The position numbers and the translations under genes were made by a program. A stretch of 64,000 nucleotides of DNA, from assembly GCA_030141605.1 (NCBI GenBank), contig JAQGDQ010000259.1:257359-321358 (forward strand). Direction: 5' to 3'. Shown here piece after piece: positions 13,346 to 24,255 of the stretch. Positions within the stretch are counted from its first letter, which is position 1; every line of letters begins with the position of its first letter. The DNA is from Tubiluchus corallicola (lineage: Eukaryota; Animalia; Priapulida). The notes beneath the pieces were generated by a model. The model saw only the letters and a list, made by a program, of their open reading frames with translations, did not search any database and was not told the DNA's origin.

Positions 13346-14273
13346 CTATCTGAGTATCGTCATCATCTTTATTCTCTACTGTTCTTCATCAAATAATCGA
13401 AGTGGGCGCAGAGAAGGACCAAATTGACTTAAAGATTATACTTGTTGCCAGTGAGCGGAAATCCACTGGCGTCAAACTATACCACGAAAAAGCTTCTCAA
13501 AAGTGTAGCAGACGACTGTGCAGACTGCATGTTGTAATTTTTACGATAATTTACCTGTTAAAAGTGAACAAGAATTTATTACGAAGGTACTTTGCGAAAT
13601 TTGCAAGAGATTCCAGGCTAGTGTGTAATTTTTACTGTGTGGGCTAGTATAAAATAAATGATACTATTGATGGGCTAATTTTCGCTAAATTAAAAGGCAA
13701 ACCTGTAGTGTTTGAGAAAATTTTCAGAAAAAGTGAAGTACGTAGTGGAACGGTCGACAAAGGTCCTTGGTGTGTTGTGTGTGTGTGTCTGGATTTTATT
13801 TTTGGTGACACAAACAAGAATGAAATCGGAAATCAATTTCGAAATATTTTTTATTTAAGCTCCCACCATTTGTTGTATATAATTTCTCCAGTATATGCTG
13901 TGTAGTTTGCTTTAGTTACACAGACAAAAACATTTCCTGATATTGGAAATATTGTACAACACTGATGTTGGAGTTTTAAATAAATAAATATTCCGAAATA
14001 AATCTTTGTTAACAAGAGACGATGACTGTTCTTAATTATCCCGAAATTGTTCTTAATTTTATTCATCGAAAATATTTTGGTGAAACTACAGAAAACTAGT
14101 CGGGTTTGAATTTAGCAGAATACTTATGGTTAAAACTTAAAACAGAATACAATTTAAACACCTTTTTGCAATCATATTTTGCAAAAAAAATAATGTAGTG
14201 AAGAGGAAAACACCAAGTAATAACAATATATTATTTTTCACAGATACTGCAAAAAAACAGCCTACCTAGCACG

Positions 14274-17200
14274 ATGTTCAGTAACTCTCCGCATTTATAT
14301 TTTGTTGGAAAATCACAACTTTGTCGACTATGCCACATCAGTGCTGGTCCACCAGGATCACAAGAGCTACCGCAAGAAAAATTTAAGAGCCATCAGGGAA
14401 TTGAGAAAACCACATATTCATCATCATATCAAGACTGTATTCTTAAATGCAGGTATGAGTTAAAACAAATCTAAGCGTAGTCATTTATATAAACAGTTAC
14501 AATGGTAAATAATACCAAATAAGTGCCAAATATAATTAAGTGGGGTGAGGTAGTCTTTCTGTATTGTTTCTTTGAATCTCTATAAATTAAAGAACTACCC
14601 AGTTACTCCAGACAGTATCAGTCAACTGTACAGAATACTGTAATTAGAATACAATTTATAACTTACTACCTTACAGTAAACTGCATGTTGAAAAGCACTA
14701 AATTTTGCTGTAGCTACATAAAGGGTACGTACGGCCGACTAAATGAGTTTACTTCGTACACGGTCACATACGCTATCTAAAAAGAATGGGATTTTTAAAC
14801 CTGCCAAATGAACAATGAATAATATTTTGATTTTGTTTACTGTTTGTTGTTTACTGTAGCTATTTTGTATTTGTTTTTGCAGAGAACTTATTTTTCTGGA
14901 ATCAATGATCATTGCCACGCCTAATTATATGCATCCTGGAAAAATTGACATTGTCATGAAAGTACGAGTGACATTAGTTTTGCTCTTCATTTATAGTAAT
15001 TCGGACATAGTATTGCAAACATGAGCCAGTACATTATATTGCTATTGATATAAGGAGAAGAAGACAGTGAGGAGGAGGAAGATAAAGAAGGCGACAGTTT
15101 TTATATGTAGTTCAACGTACTACTGTCACTGTAAATTTTGTCCAGTACTAAATGCAAAGTAAACTATTTTTGATCTTTTGCGGGACCACAAGTGTGCAAC
15201 ATGATTTATTGTAATTAAATCAAGAGTAATGTGAGAGATTATCACTTATCTTTTAACATGAGGACTAGTGATAGACATGTTTAGATGCACGTAGAATTTT
15301 CATTGGCAGACAGTGAAAGAAACCAGTGAGTTTTCTTTGGTCAGACACACACTAGTGGACAACTTAGCTGCCCTCTTTACCCCTTGACTTAGCTGCTCTT
15401 TTTGGTTTGGCCTTTGGCTTAACTATTCTCTTCAGTCCTTAATAGAACTCTGAAGAGTTGGCAAGCAAACTTCGGCTTGTAATATTCAAAATTGGACAGA
15501 CTTTGGTGAGTGAGCAGTGAATTCAGGTTGTGCACGATTAAAAGTGCAAGAACTAAAACAAAATAATTTAAGCATATACAAAACACAGATGCAGTCAAGC
15601 ATGCATAGTCAGCGGCAGCTGAATAGTTGGACAGTTGGACAGTCAGACAAGTGCATTTCATCTGGCAATGGTAGATGTAGAATTGTTGGTTGGACAGTTT
15701 TGAAAAAGTTTGTGAAGTCTGAATGCTAGGCATTTTAGGCTTGAACGCTATTATATTATTATGTAGTTTACTCGTAATAAAATTTTAGCGCAAGAATTTT
15801 TGAGCAATTTATACAAAAATATTGCGATATCCGACTTTCTGTTTCAATAATAGCAATATCAAATTTTTGTACAGTTCGAGGTGTCTTATACTTATGAAGT
15901 AGATAGAAGCAATCAAGTAAGTTCCATGAATAGGTTTAGTTGCACTTTTTTATTAAATTCCTCAAATTATTTGGGTAAATTTTCAAGTCAAGTACTTGTA
16001 ATAGATCAGTAAACCTAGGCCTTGATAAGAAATTTAGCTTATTTTATGATAAGAAAGATAGCTTATTTTATGAATTTCTTACAAGTAAATTTGTATGCAC
16101 TTTAGGAGGAATACTTCAAAAGTGGGAGAATACAGACACACTTGCAACGATTAAAACTTGAGGTGAGCTTGGTTGACAATTATAGTTATTAAGCTAATTT
16201 CTGTGTCATTACCATCTTGCTAGATAAGTTCTTCATAAAAGAAAAAGCAGGAAACAGATAAGCATGAAAATAAAAACACACAAGTTCATGTTTCCATTAT
16301 TTGTCCTTGCATTATTTGCATTAAACATGATGCATTAACATTGCATGAGCTTATGAATTTGTGAGTATTTTGCTTCATAATGTGGTTGTCCAGTGACCTT
16401 TTGTGTGTTACATTTTTAACTTGAGTACAGGTGGAATCACTAATTAGCAGAGAGTCGAATTAAGGGGCAATGAGTATCATATATATGTGTAAAATCCCTT
16501 AACGCGTCACCTTTTTAAACTTCATAGCATGCATCATTTTTAACAGTACATGAAAACATTTTGTGGCATTTACGTTAGATTATACTGATTTAACTTTGCA
16601 CATTTATTTTCACATTTCTTTAGTAATTTGAAAGTTATAGTACAGTATTGAAACTACAGTGTAGAAAATTACAATGTAAAAAGCTGTCTTCAACTTACAA
16701 TTATTGTACTGCAAGTACCCAACTTTGTAGTGGAAACGTTATACTTTTATAGTGCAAATTTTATATAGTTTTATATTACAGTATTTGGTGCAAGTGGAGA
16801 TAGTAGCACATACACATGTAATTAAGTAGTAACAGAGAGTGTGTAGATAGGGCTTAGATAGGCAAGTACAGGCATAGGAGTAGATTATATCATTCCTCCA
16901 TGGGTTTATATTGTAGTACAATGTTAAAAAGAAGGCTGGCTTGTTAGAACTAGAAGCTTCCACGCTAATTTAGCCTTTTAGCCCTAAAATGAGATGTCTT
17001 CTCTCTGTCAGGAAGGCATGGTCTGGCCGAGTGTTACGGAATGCCAATCCAGGAATTCCGGGTTCAAACCTCAGCCATGCCAGAATTCTGAGCCATTTAC
17101 CACTGCTAACAGGACTAGGCCTACTGGGCCTTATTTAGCCTTAACTGAGTACCTGGTTGTGTAATGGGCAAGGAAAAGCAAGCCACACAGACTCCTTGTG

Positions 17201-20200
17201 TGCCGAAGTTAGATGGCTATGCAAAATAATGCTACATACATCTGGTATGGGGCCATTATTTCTCTGTTTTTTTTGCTTCAGTTTTTGTACCCCACAAAAT
17301 TTATGTTTTAATGGCAATAATAATATTATTATTTTATAATAGGCAACTAATCCAACAATAGTAAGTGCAGCCACGTATGAGGCTTGTTTGCAGTACACTA
17401 TGCAAGCCCGAATTGCACCCCAGTGGAATAATATATCTGATCTTCTTGCACAAGGTTTGCGATTATTTGTGATTTTATTGCAATAAAAACAAAACAGTAA
17501 CACAACAGAAAAAGTGACTGAACGAACATGTCTAACGTACTCTAGAATTTTTTGTCTTTACATAATATTAAATCTCTGAATTAGAAATGAATGTTAAAAG
17601 TTGCATAAAATGCTTTAAGTCATACTGTTTACTTGCTTAGTTTTCAGCCTAGTAATTGTCTTCTGTAATTGCAGGTCGTGATTTCGTTTCAAAAAGAGGA
17701 CATTTGAATGCTGTCAGTAAGTAATTTAATACCCTAATTATTAAGTAAGTAGGATTTAATTAAGGTAAACAAAAAAGTTATGTTGTGGTATTTCAATTTG
17801 AAGCTAGCGTATGGTGTTTAAAGCCACTACTTTTCTAGCTAGTGTGTACTATTTCAGTTAGTGTGTGCTACTTAAAGCTATTATTTTGTAACTAGTTCGT
17901 GGTGTTTACAGATACTACTTTTTGAGCTACTGTGTGCTATTTAATGCTAGTAGCTAGTGCATGATGTTTAAAGCTACTGCTTTTGCGGCTAGTAATTTTG
18001 TAGCTAGTGTATGCTGTTTAAAACTAGTACTTTGCAGGGGTGAAGTTTGTGGTGCAGGATTCTGAAGTGTATATCACAGTACATGGCTATGTTATAAGAA
18101 TTCCATTTTTATCAGTAAGCGCTCTGGTTTGTTAACTTCTTTTATACTTTACTTGTACTAAGGACTAAACATACTTTTTTAAAATAGTCAGTGTTATTGT
18201 AATTGGTGCCTCTTGGAGACTGATAATATGATGAAATCAGTGCAAGAAAGGTAACTAATACAGTCAAATCTCGTGATACCGCCTACTTTGGGACTGCAAA
18301 AAAGTTGGCATTATACAAGTTTGGCATTATAAAGGGTGATGTTATAACTAGGTTAATTTGACTGTACTTATTTTGTATTTCAGTTAAATAGCATTCCTAT
18401 GAGCAGATGGGGCCGTGAAAGCTTTGAGCAAGATATTGATTCGGCTACGGTAGAATACAGTTTCAAAAGTAAATGGATTCATGTATTGCCAAGGTAAAAT
18501 AAGTTGGATTGTAACACAGGTTTTGGTTTACGGGAAGCAAGAATCTTCCCGTAGCAACATTAGAATTTATTTGTCGTTCATTTTGTAATTCTTACTTGAT
18601 CACTCTTAGAAATCTCAATGAGAGCAAGTTCAGATTTCAAGCTTTTTATTACAGTATGAAAAAGGGACAGGTTGTTGGCGTGTGCCGTAGAATTCCAGAA
18701 AATAGTCACTTTAGCTCTTACAGGGATCTCAAACGACACTGGAAAAACACTGTACGTAACGGTGAACATGACAGTTTTATTAATTACACGTTTAATGCAA
18801 AACTCTGAATTATACTTATATGATGATGATGATAGACTGCAGCTACTGAGTATTTGTCAATGTTGCTTCTCATTTGAAATGTGTTACTGTTATCACTGTT
18901 TGTTTTATTACTTTGCTCATGAATTGTTATAATTTTTCACCTACTGAAGTAAATTCAAATTTGCGGAGACAAATGGCTTTTAAGGAGAATTATTACTCTT
19001 TGTACTGCCTAATATGGGACTGAAAAAAAGTTGGTGTTAAGTGAGTTTGGCATTATAACGAGGTATATTAATACATACACGTCTATGCATTGTAGATATA
19101 TTGTTTTGCTAATAATTTGGTTGGCATATAAAGGGGGTGTTATAACGAGGTTTGACTGTATTTCTACTGATCACATTCTATTAATCTAAAAGGTTAATAT
19201 GTTTATTTAATCACTAGAGGTCTTTGTTTTTTTTGTTTGCAGAAATATGATAGTTTCCTTATGTTGACTTTCACGAGTTTAGAAGTGTCAGCTGATCCCA
19301 CCCTGAGATATGCTGCTAAGATATGAGATAAAACTTGTGTGCCATTCCCACATCCCTGTTTGCTAACTTTTCCATTTCCCTTTATGAAAACAGACTCATG
19401 GGACCAGAAAATGCTTCCTTGAAATGTGTCAAAAAAACTTTGTACAACAATATCTTATTAAGACGTGCAGAGGAATTATTTGAAAATTTCTAAATTTGGT
19501 GCAGAACTAGATAACAGATTTAGGAATTACCAGTCTTTAAACCACCATACTGTACACAAGTGCACACATTAAGGGACATCATACTTACAACAATTAGCCT
19601 AACAATCAATTAGTTGAAGGAAGCATTGTGGCCTAGCCAGCATATGAACCCAAAACATTGTGCTTTCAAGGCACATGCTCTGCCAGTTGAGTCGTTTACT
19701 ATTTTCACTTGTTAACAGTATGTTACGATTTATTAACTTAGATAAATGACTGACTTTAAATCTCGTTTAATCATCTGTTTTCTAGTATGGTTACAGATTA
19801 CCTGAAGAAGAGGGATCAATTTACTATGAGGTTTATTTCAAAATGATAGAAGGGCAACTATTCACATACCCAGATTATTGTGTGCGATCCGGAGATATAC
19901 AGTATGTGCCTAGATGTGATCCAGCCCCCATAATTCAAATATTCTTACTAGATTTGCAGACAAAGTTGCCCAATGTTTGTGGACAGTCAATGTGTTATAC
20001 AAGAACGCCTCAGTTCACTTCGTCACTGCTTTACGAAGCAAGCAAGGTAGCATAGTACAATTATAAGTCGTGTAAAAGCAGATTTGTTGTCACAGTTTTC
20101 TATTTCGTTCAGTTTGCTTTGCCAAGCATGGTATATACTGGTATTTTTCTCTTACCGAGATTTGCTGAAGTATCACTTTAATCTTTGTGGTGTTTGACTA

Positions 20201-23102
20201 CTCTCACTATAGTCTCCTTTCAAGTGTACGCTTTTTGAAAAAGTACACATATTAAATTGTTTTCCAGCTACCAGCAGAGCCAAACGTAACAGCTTTACAG
20301 AAAAATGCTGTCATGGTGCCATACAGACATTACTTGAATACAACAAATGAAAAACAACATCACGTGATGTCAACTCAATTTTTGAATACAGCATTGAATC
20401 ATCAGCAGCCCTTGTCAGTAAACTCTAATGTACCCATGCAGAGTCCTAAGTCAAAGCGATTTCTATTCCTGTCTCACTGTGCAGGAAATACAGCTGCAAA
20501 TTCTCAGAAGAATCTTAGTCCTACTATTATACCTCCAACTCAAACAACCAGTGCTCCAAAATTCAAACCAACATTTTTTGCTAAGAAAAGAAGTTGCTCT
20601 TCCGTCACAGTGACAGAACCAAATATGGATAAAGCGACAGCAAAACATGTGCCTGTTTTCCATCAAATGCTGAAAACCACAGGAATTCCGCAGTCAAAAA
20701 ATGCTGTTAGAGCGAAAAATAGCAGCCAAAAGTCACTACACAATGGTGTACATGCTCATGTGCAGCTTCCTGCTTCGAGTTTCTTAGCATTAAATAACGT
20801 TACAGGACCACAAACCAAAACAACCCCAATGTTTGTGAAGAAAGGTGTGTCTAATTTATGCTCTGAAAATCTAGCTGCAGCACAGAAAAAAATTATCATG
20901 CCTCAGAAAGAAATAACTGCATGTTGTGAAACAGGAAAGGTGAGTTTTCATTTAAATTCATAAATATATGTAGAGGAATTGTACGTGCTTATAATTTGTT
21001 TCGGAGTAAAAAAATCAAATAATCAAACTTTCATTCTCTTTCAACCAGAAAACCAGTTCTAGCTTATATAAAAGGATACACATACGATGAATTGAAATTT
21101 TATTGATTATATAAATACATACACTTCCAAGAACGTTTCGCTATCGATGAACAGACGCCATTAACTTTGTGGTAAAAAGAAATCTGACTATAATAATTTT
21201 TTGGCTGTGTATGTATGCTTTTGAGTGAGAAAAACGTTTTACAATATATTGACACTGTTTGCTTATATAAAAAATGCAGAGAAATGATGAACCCAAAGCC
21301 AAGAAGCCAAGAATGAAACCAAAAGTTCGAAATGATGTTAATATGGAACAGCTAGCAAAAGAAGGTCAAGTAAGTATGACTTGCTAAGTAAATAAACATT
21401 TTTTTTGTAGAAATTCATATAAAAGAGAAAAAACCCATTTTTTACCTATAAGGGAAAATGAACAACTGAGTGGTCATGTGTAGTGTGTATGGCAGCGTCA
21501 TGTTAAAACAGCTCCGTGTCTGATTAGTAAATGGATGAGGAACTGATGGGCATTCAAATTCACTATAGGCATTCGAATGTTGCTAAAATCTCTCTGCTAG
21601 ATCATTCACGGGAATGAGTATAATATTCCATTTTGCAGAACCTATGTTGCTAGACACTTTGTAAAATTTACTGCTCCAAATCTATGGAATAAAATATCAA
21701 TTTACTGTATATCACAACACATCGAAAATTATATGGCTTTAAAAGATATGTGAAATCTCTTCTATTCAAATCCTTCTTATAATGCATTCTCTGGGTTTTT
21801 CTGTGAAGTGCGATAGTCACAGCACATCCCGCGACTGGTTACTTTACAGTTCATATTTTCATACATTTGCATCATGTCTCTGCTGAACTCCTTTCTATTT
21901 CATTTCTCTTTTCTATCATAGTCTGTTACTTTATCTTTACTATTCTCTGTTTTTCTATAATTCCTTCTCTTGTTAGCTAAGCAGCTATTTTCGACTTTTC
22001 ATGGTGGTTTCACAAGCTTTGCTTCTTGACCACCATGCAGCATATATTTCCTGTTGATAAACTATTATGTAGTTTAGTACTATATTAATGTAATTCTTTT
22101 ACATTTATTGTATTTGGATATTTTCCCTAACACATAATAGCATATCAATATAATTTTGTTACAATTATCGTAACTATATAATTGATTGGATTTATAATAG
22201 TTATGTGATAATGTAAATTGTAATTATGCTGAAGTGGATGATAAATTACAAATTACAAATCCAAATTACAATTATTGTAACTATAATTGATTTGATTTAT
22301 AATAGTTATAATGTGATAATGTAAATTGTTAATTATGCTGGTGTGGATGATAAAGTATCAGAGAAAATTAAGTGATAATGAGAAAAGTTCTGGTTGTGCC
22401 AAATATTCACATTAAACATTGTCCTGCTGTTGTGCTGGCTGACGAAAAAACAGTTGCACATCAACTGCGCATTTAAGATTGCTGAAAGATTTTTACTTTC
22501 CAGTTTCAGAAATCAGCAAGTGGTTTAAGCATGTAGGGGGCAATAAATTTGCAAGCTATATATTATATTGAACAAAAAATATTCTATGTTCCATATTTGT
22601 CAGCTGTAGTATTAACTAGGACAGTAGTACCGCAGTTAAGTGTTACTACTAACTGTAGATGCAATTTCTAAATGGCAAAATGTTTTTCACTAGTGACATT
22701 TAAAATTAGTCATTTCAGAAAATCAGTAAGATTAAGTCAAACATCTCCTTCCCCCTGCAAAGGCACAAATGGGATTTGCAAAAAAATGTAAATGTTTTCC
22801 ATAATAAATATTTATTTTTATAAATTGTTGAATTTGATTACATTTCTGTGGTTGTCCCAACAGTATACGGGAATTTTCGAAGTGGCGGGTTCTATAAGAC
22901 TTATTCTATAGTGTTAAGCAAATTGTTCTTTGGTTTTACAAATTTTCTCAATTTTTAGCTGAGCAAATTGAATGCTGCTACGTTGATGTCATGGTTACAA
23001 CAGAAAGGAATTACATGTAAAGCAAAAGCTAAGAAACATGAACTGGTGGAAAAAGTACAGAGGTGCATCTCAGCTGCATCAATCAGGGCTATTGAATTAT
23101 AA
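14274..23102 (+). CDS. C18orf63: C18orf63 homolog (DUF4708 N-terminal domain, low-complexity linker, C-terminal SAP-like domain), 639 aa, 12 coding exons
   Basis: Exons 14274-14452, 14883-14961, 16106-16162, 17343-17454, 17675-17716, 18038-18114, 18384-18493, 18655-18751, 19786-20046, 20268-20939, 21280-21369, 22959-23102 (TAA); all GT-AG, phases consistent. Motifs CLQYTMQARIAPQWN, QGRDF, WIHVLPSMKKGQV, SYRDLKRHWKNTYGYRLP, VYFKMIEGQLFTYPDYCVRS, FLLDLQTKLPNVCG match remembered vertebrate C18orf63. AATAAA at 23216. Confidence 0.88.
17015..17235 (+). mobile_element. tRNA-derived SINE (degenerate)
   Basis: Head with 7-bp acceptor-like stem GGCATGG/CCATGCC, A-box-like TGGCCGAGTG and B-box GGTTCAAACC (17061-17070), followed by a non-tRNA body (...AACTGAGTACCTGG...). 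3' end approximate. Confidence 0.6.
17800..18030. repeat. Degenerate tandem repeat (GCTAGTGT...TGTTTAAAGCTACTACTTTT-like units)
   Basis: Several imperfect copies visible by eye immediately upstream of the 18038 acceptor. Confidence 0.55.
18259..18366. mobile_element. Tigger-like MITE family A, short copy
   Basis: TA-CAGTCAAATCTC...AATTTGACTG-TA with the shared internal GACTGCAAAAAAGTTGGC. Confidence 0.75.
18993..19160. mobile_element. Tigger-like MITE family A, 5'-eroded copy
   Basis: Contains GGGACTGAAAAAAAGTTGG..GAGTTTGGCATTATAAC and ends ATAACGAGGTTTGACTGTA like 571-766. Confidence 0.7.
21590..21785 (+). mobile_element. CR1/L2-type LINE 3' ORF relic
   Basis: Translates YNIPFCRTYVARHFVKFTAPNLWNKI; downstream AT-rich sequence with a duplication (22159-22354) and ATTACA repeats resembles a LINE tail. 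Confidence 0.5.
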
Positions 23103-23294
23103 ATGGCATATGACAAAAACATATAAACATAAGTTAATTTTAACTTATTTAAAGTATTATATTAAATTATTAATTTTTTGTTACCATCCTTATACTTTCA
23201 TTGCAGTGTGGTATGAATAAAAGCAAGCTTATTTTTATAATTGTAAAAGAATATGAAAAACCAATTTGTTGTAATTAGACACATTGCAATATAA

Positions 23295-23500
23295 ATTAAT
23301 AAAATGTAAGATTATGGCTGATAACACCGCTTTTCATAAACTCGTTGGAAGTCGTTTATGAAGGATATGTTCTGTATGTTACATCTTATGCATTTCTTAT
23401 TTACAAATAGTGAAATTAATGCCGGTGTTCCTCAAGGTTCTGTAATAGCACCTACCTTGATTCTGCTGTTTATCAACTGCTTGCCGGACTATATACGTGC
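23295..23500 (+). mobile_element. LINE reverse transcriptase fragment between C18orf63 and MROH1
   Basis: INAGVPQGSVIAPTLILLFINCL is the conserved non-LTR RT motif GVPQGS. Confidence 0.7.
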
Positions 23501-24255
23501 TTGTCATCTTTAATGTACAAGGGAAACTTATACAATTCTCTAGCCGTGATAATGCCATACTGCGTACACGGGTGTCTTTCATGTGAAAATATACTCACAG
23601 AATTTTGAGAAAACGTACTGCATCAGTTTTTGTACTATAGGGTTTGGTAACAGTAAGCTGTTATAAACATTTTAACAGTGAGCTGGACGGAAATTTTTGA
23701 ACTGTAGCGAGAGTTTTGTAAAAACCAAACTGTATTATTGCAAATTAACTGTTCTAATTGGTTTGTCATTCGTTGCTCTCAGTGTGTTTTATTATTATTA
23801 TTTAGTCATTATTAAGAATAGCTATTATTTTAGTACATATCTACAACTCAAAGTGATCACACAAACATTTTCTAAGACAAAGCAATGATATTAATCAGGA
23901 AGTTGTTTTTGCAATTATTTTTTTATTTTATTCTTACTTAGATAAATATAAAATTTATTGAACTAAAGTCACCATCTGATCTAGTTGCAAACTTTATCAC
24001 AATTATACCGATAATTCAATAACAATAAAACAAAACTTGCTTCACACAGTAATGATCAATCATTAATCAAAATTGTCATAATGCCTTCAACTATTACATC
24101 ATCATAGGAAAAAAGTGCACGTTCAGTACACATTCGTAATTACTTGACTCTCTATGATGACAATAGTAATTCTATGTCTCATATGTTTGATTATTGCAGA
24201 TATTGATGTATAAAATACATTTTTTGCAGAATAAATTGAATTGAATTGTATTATA

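Noticed and set aside
15010-15740. Possible transposase or extra exon in a C18orf63 intron
   Set aside because: An acidic stretch and short ORFs hint at a decayed element, but no termini or motif could be supported; the gene splices in frame without it.
17015-17081. Functional tRNA gene
   Set aside because: D and anticodon arms are not canonical, there is no immediate poly-T terminator, and it continues into a SINE-like body.
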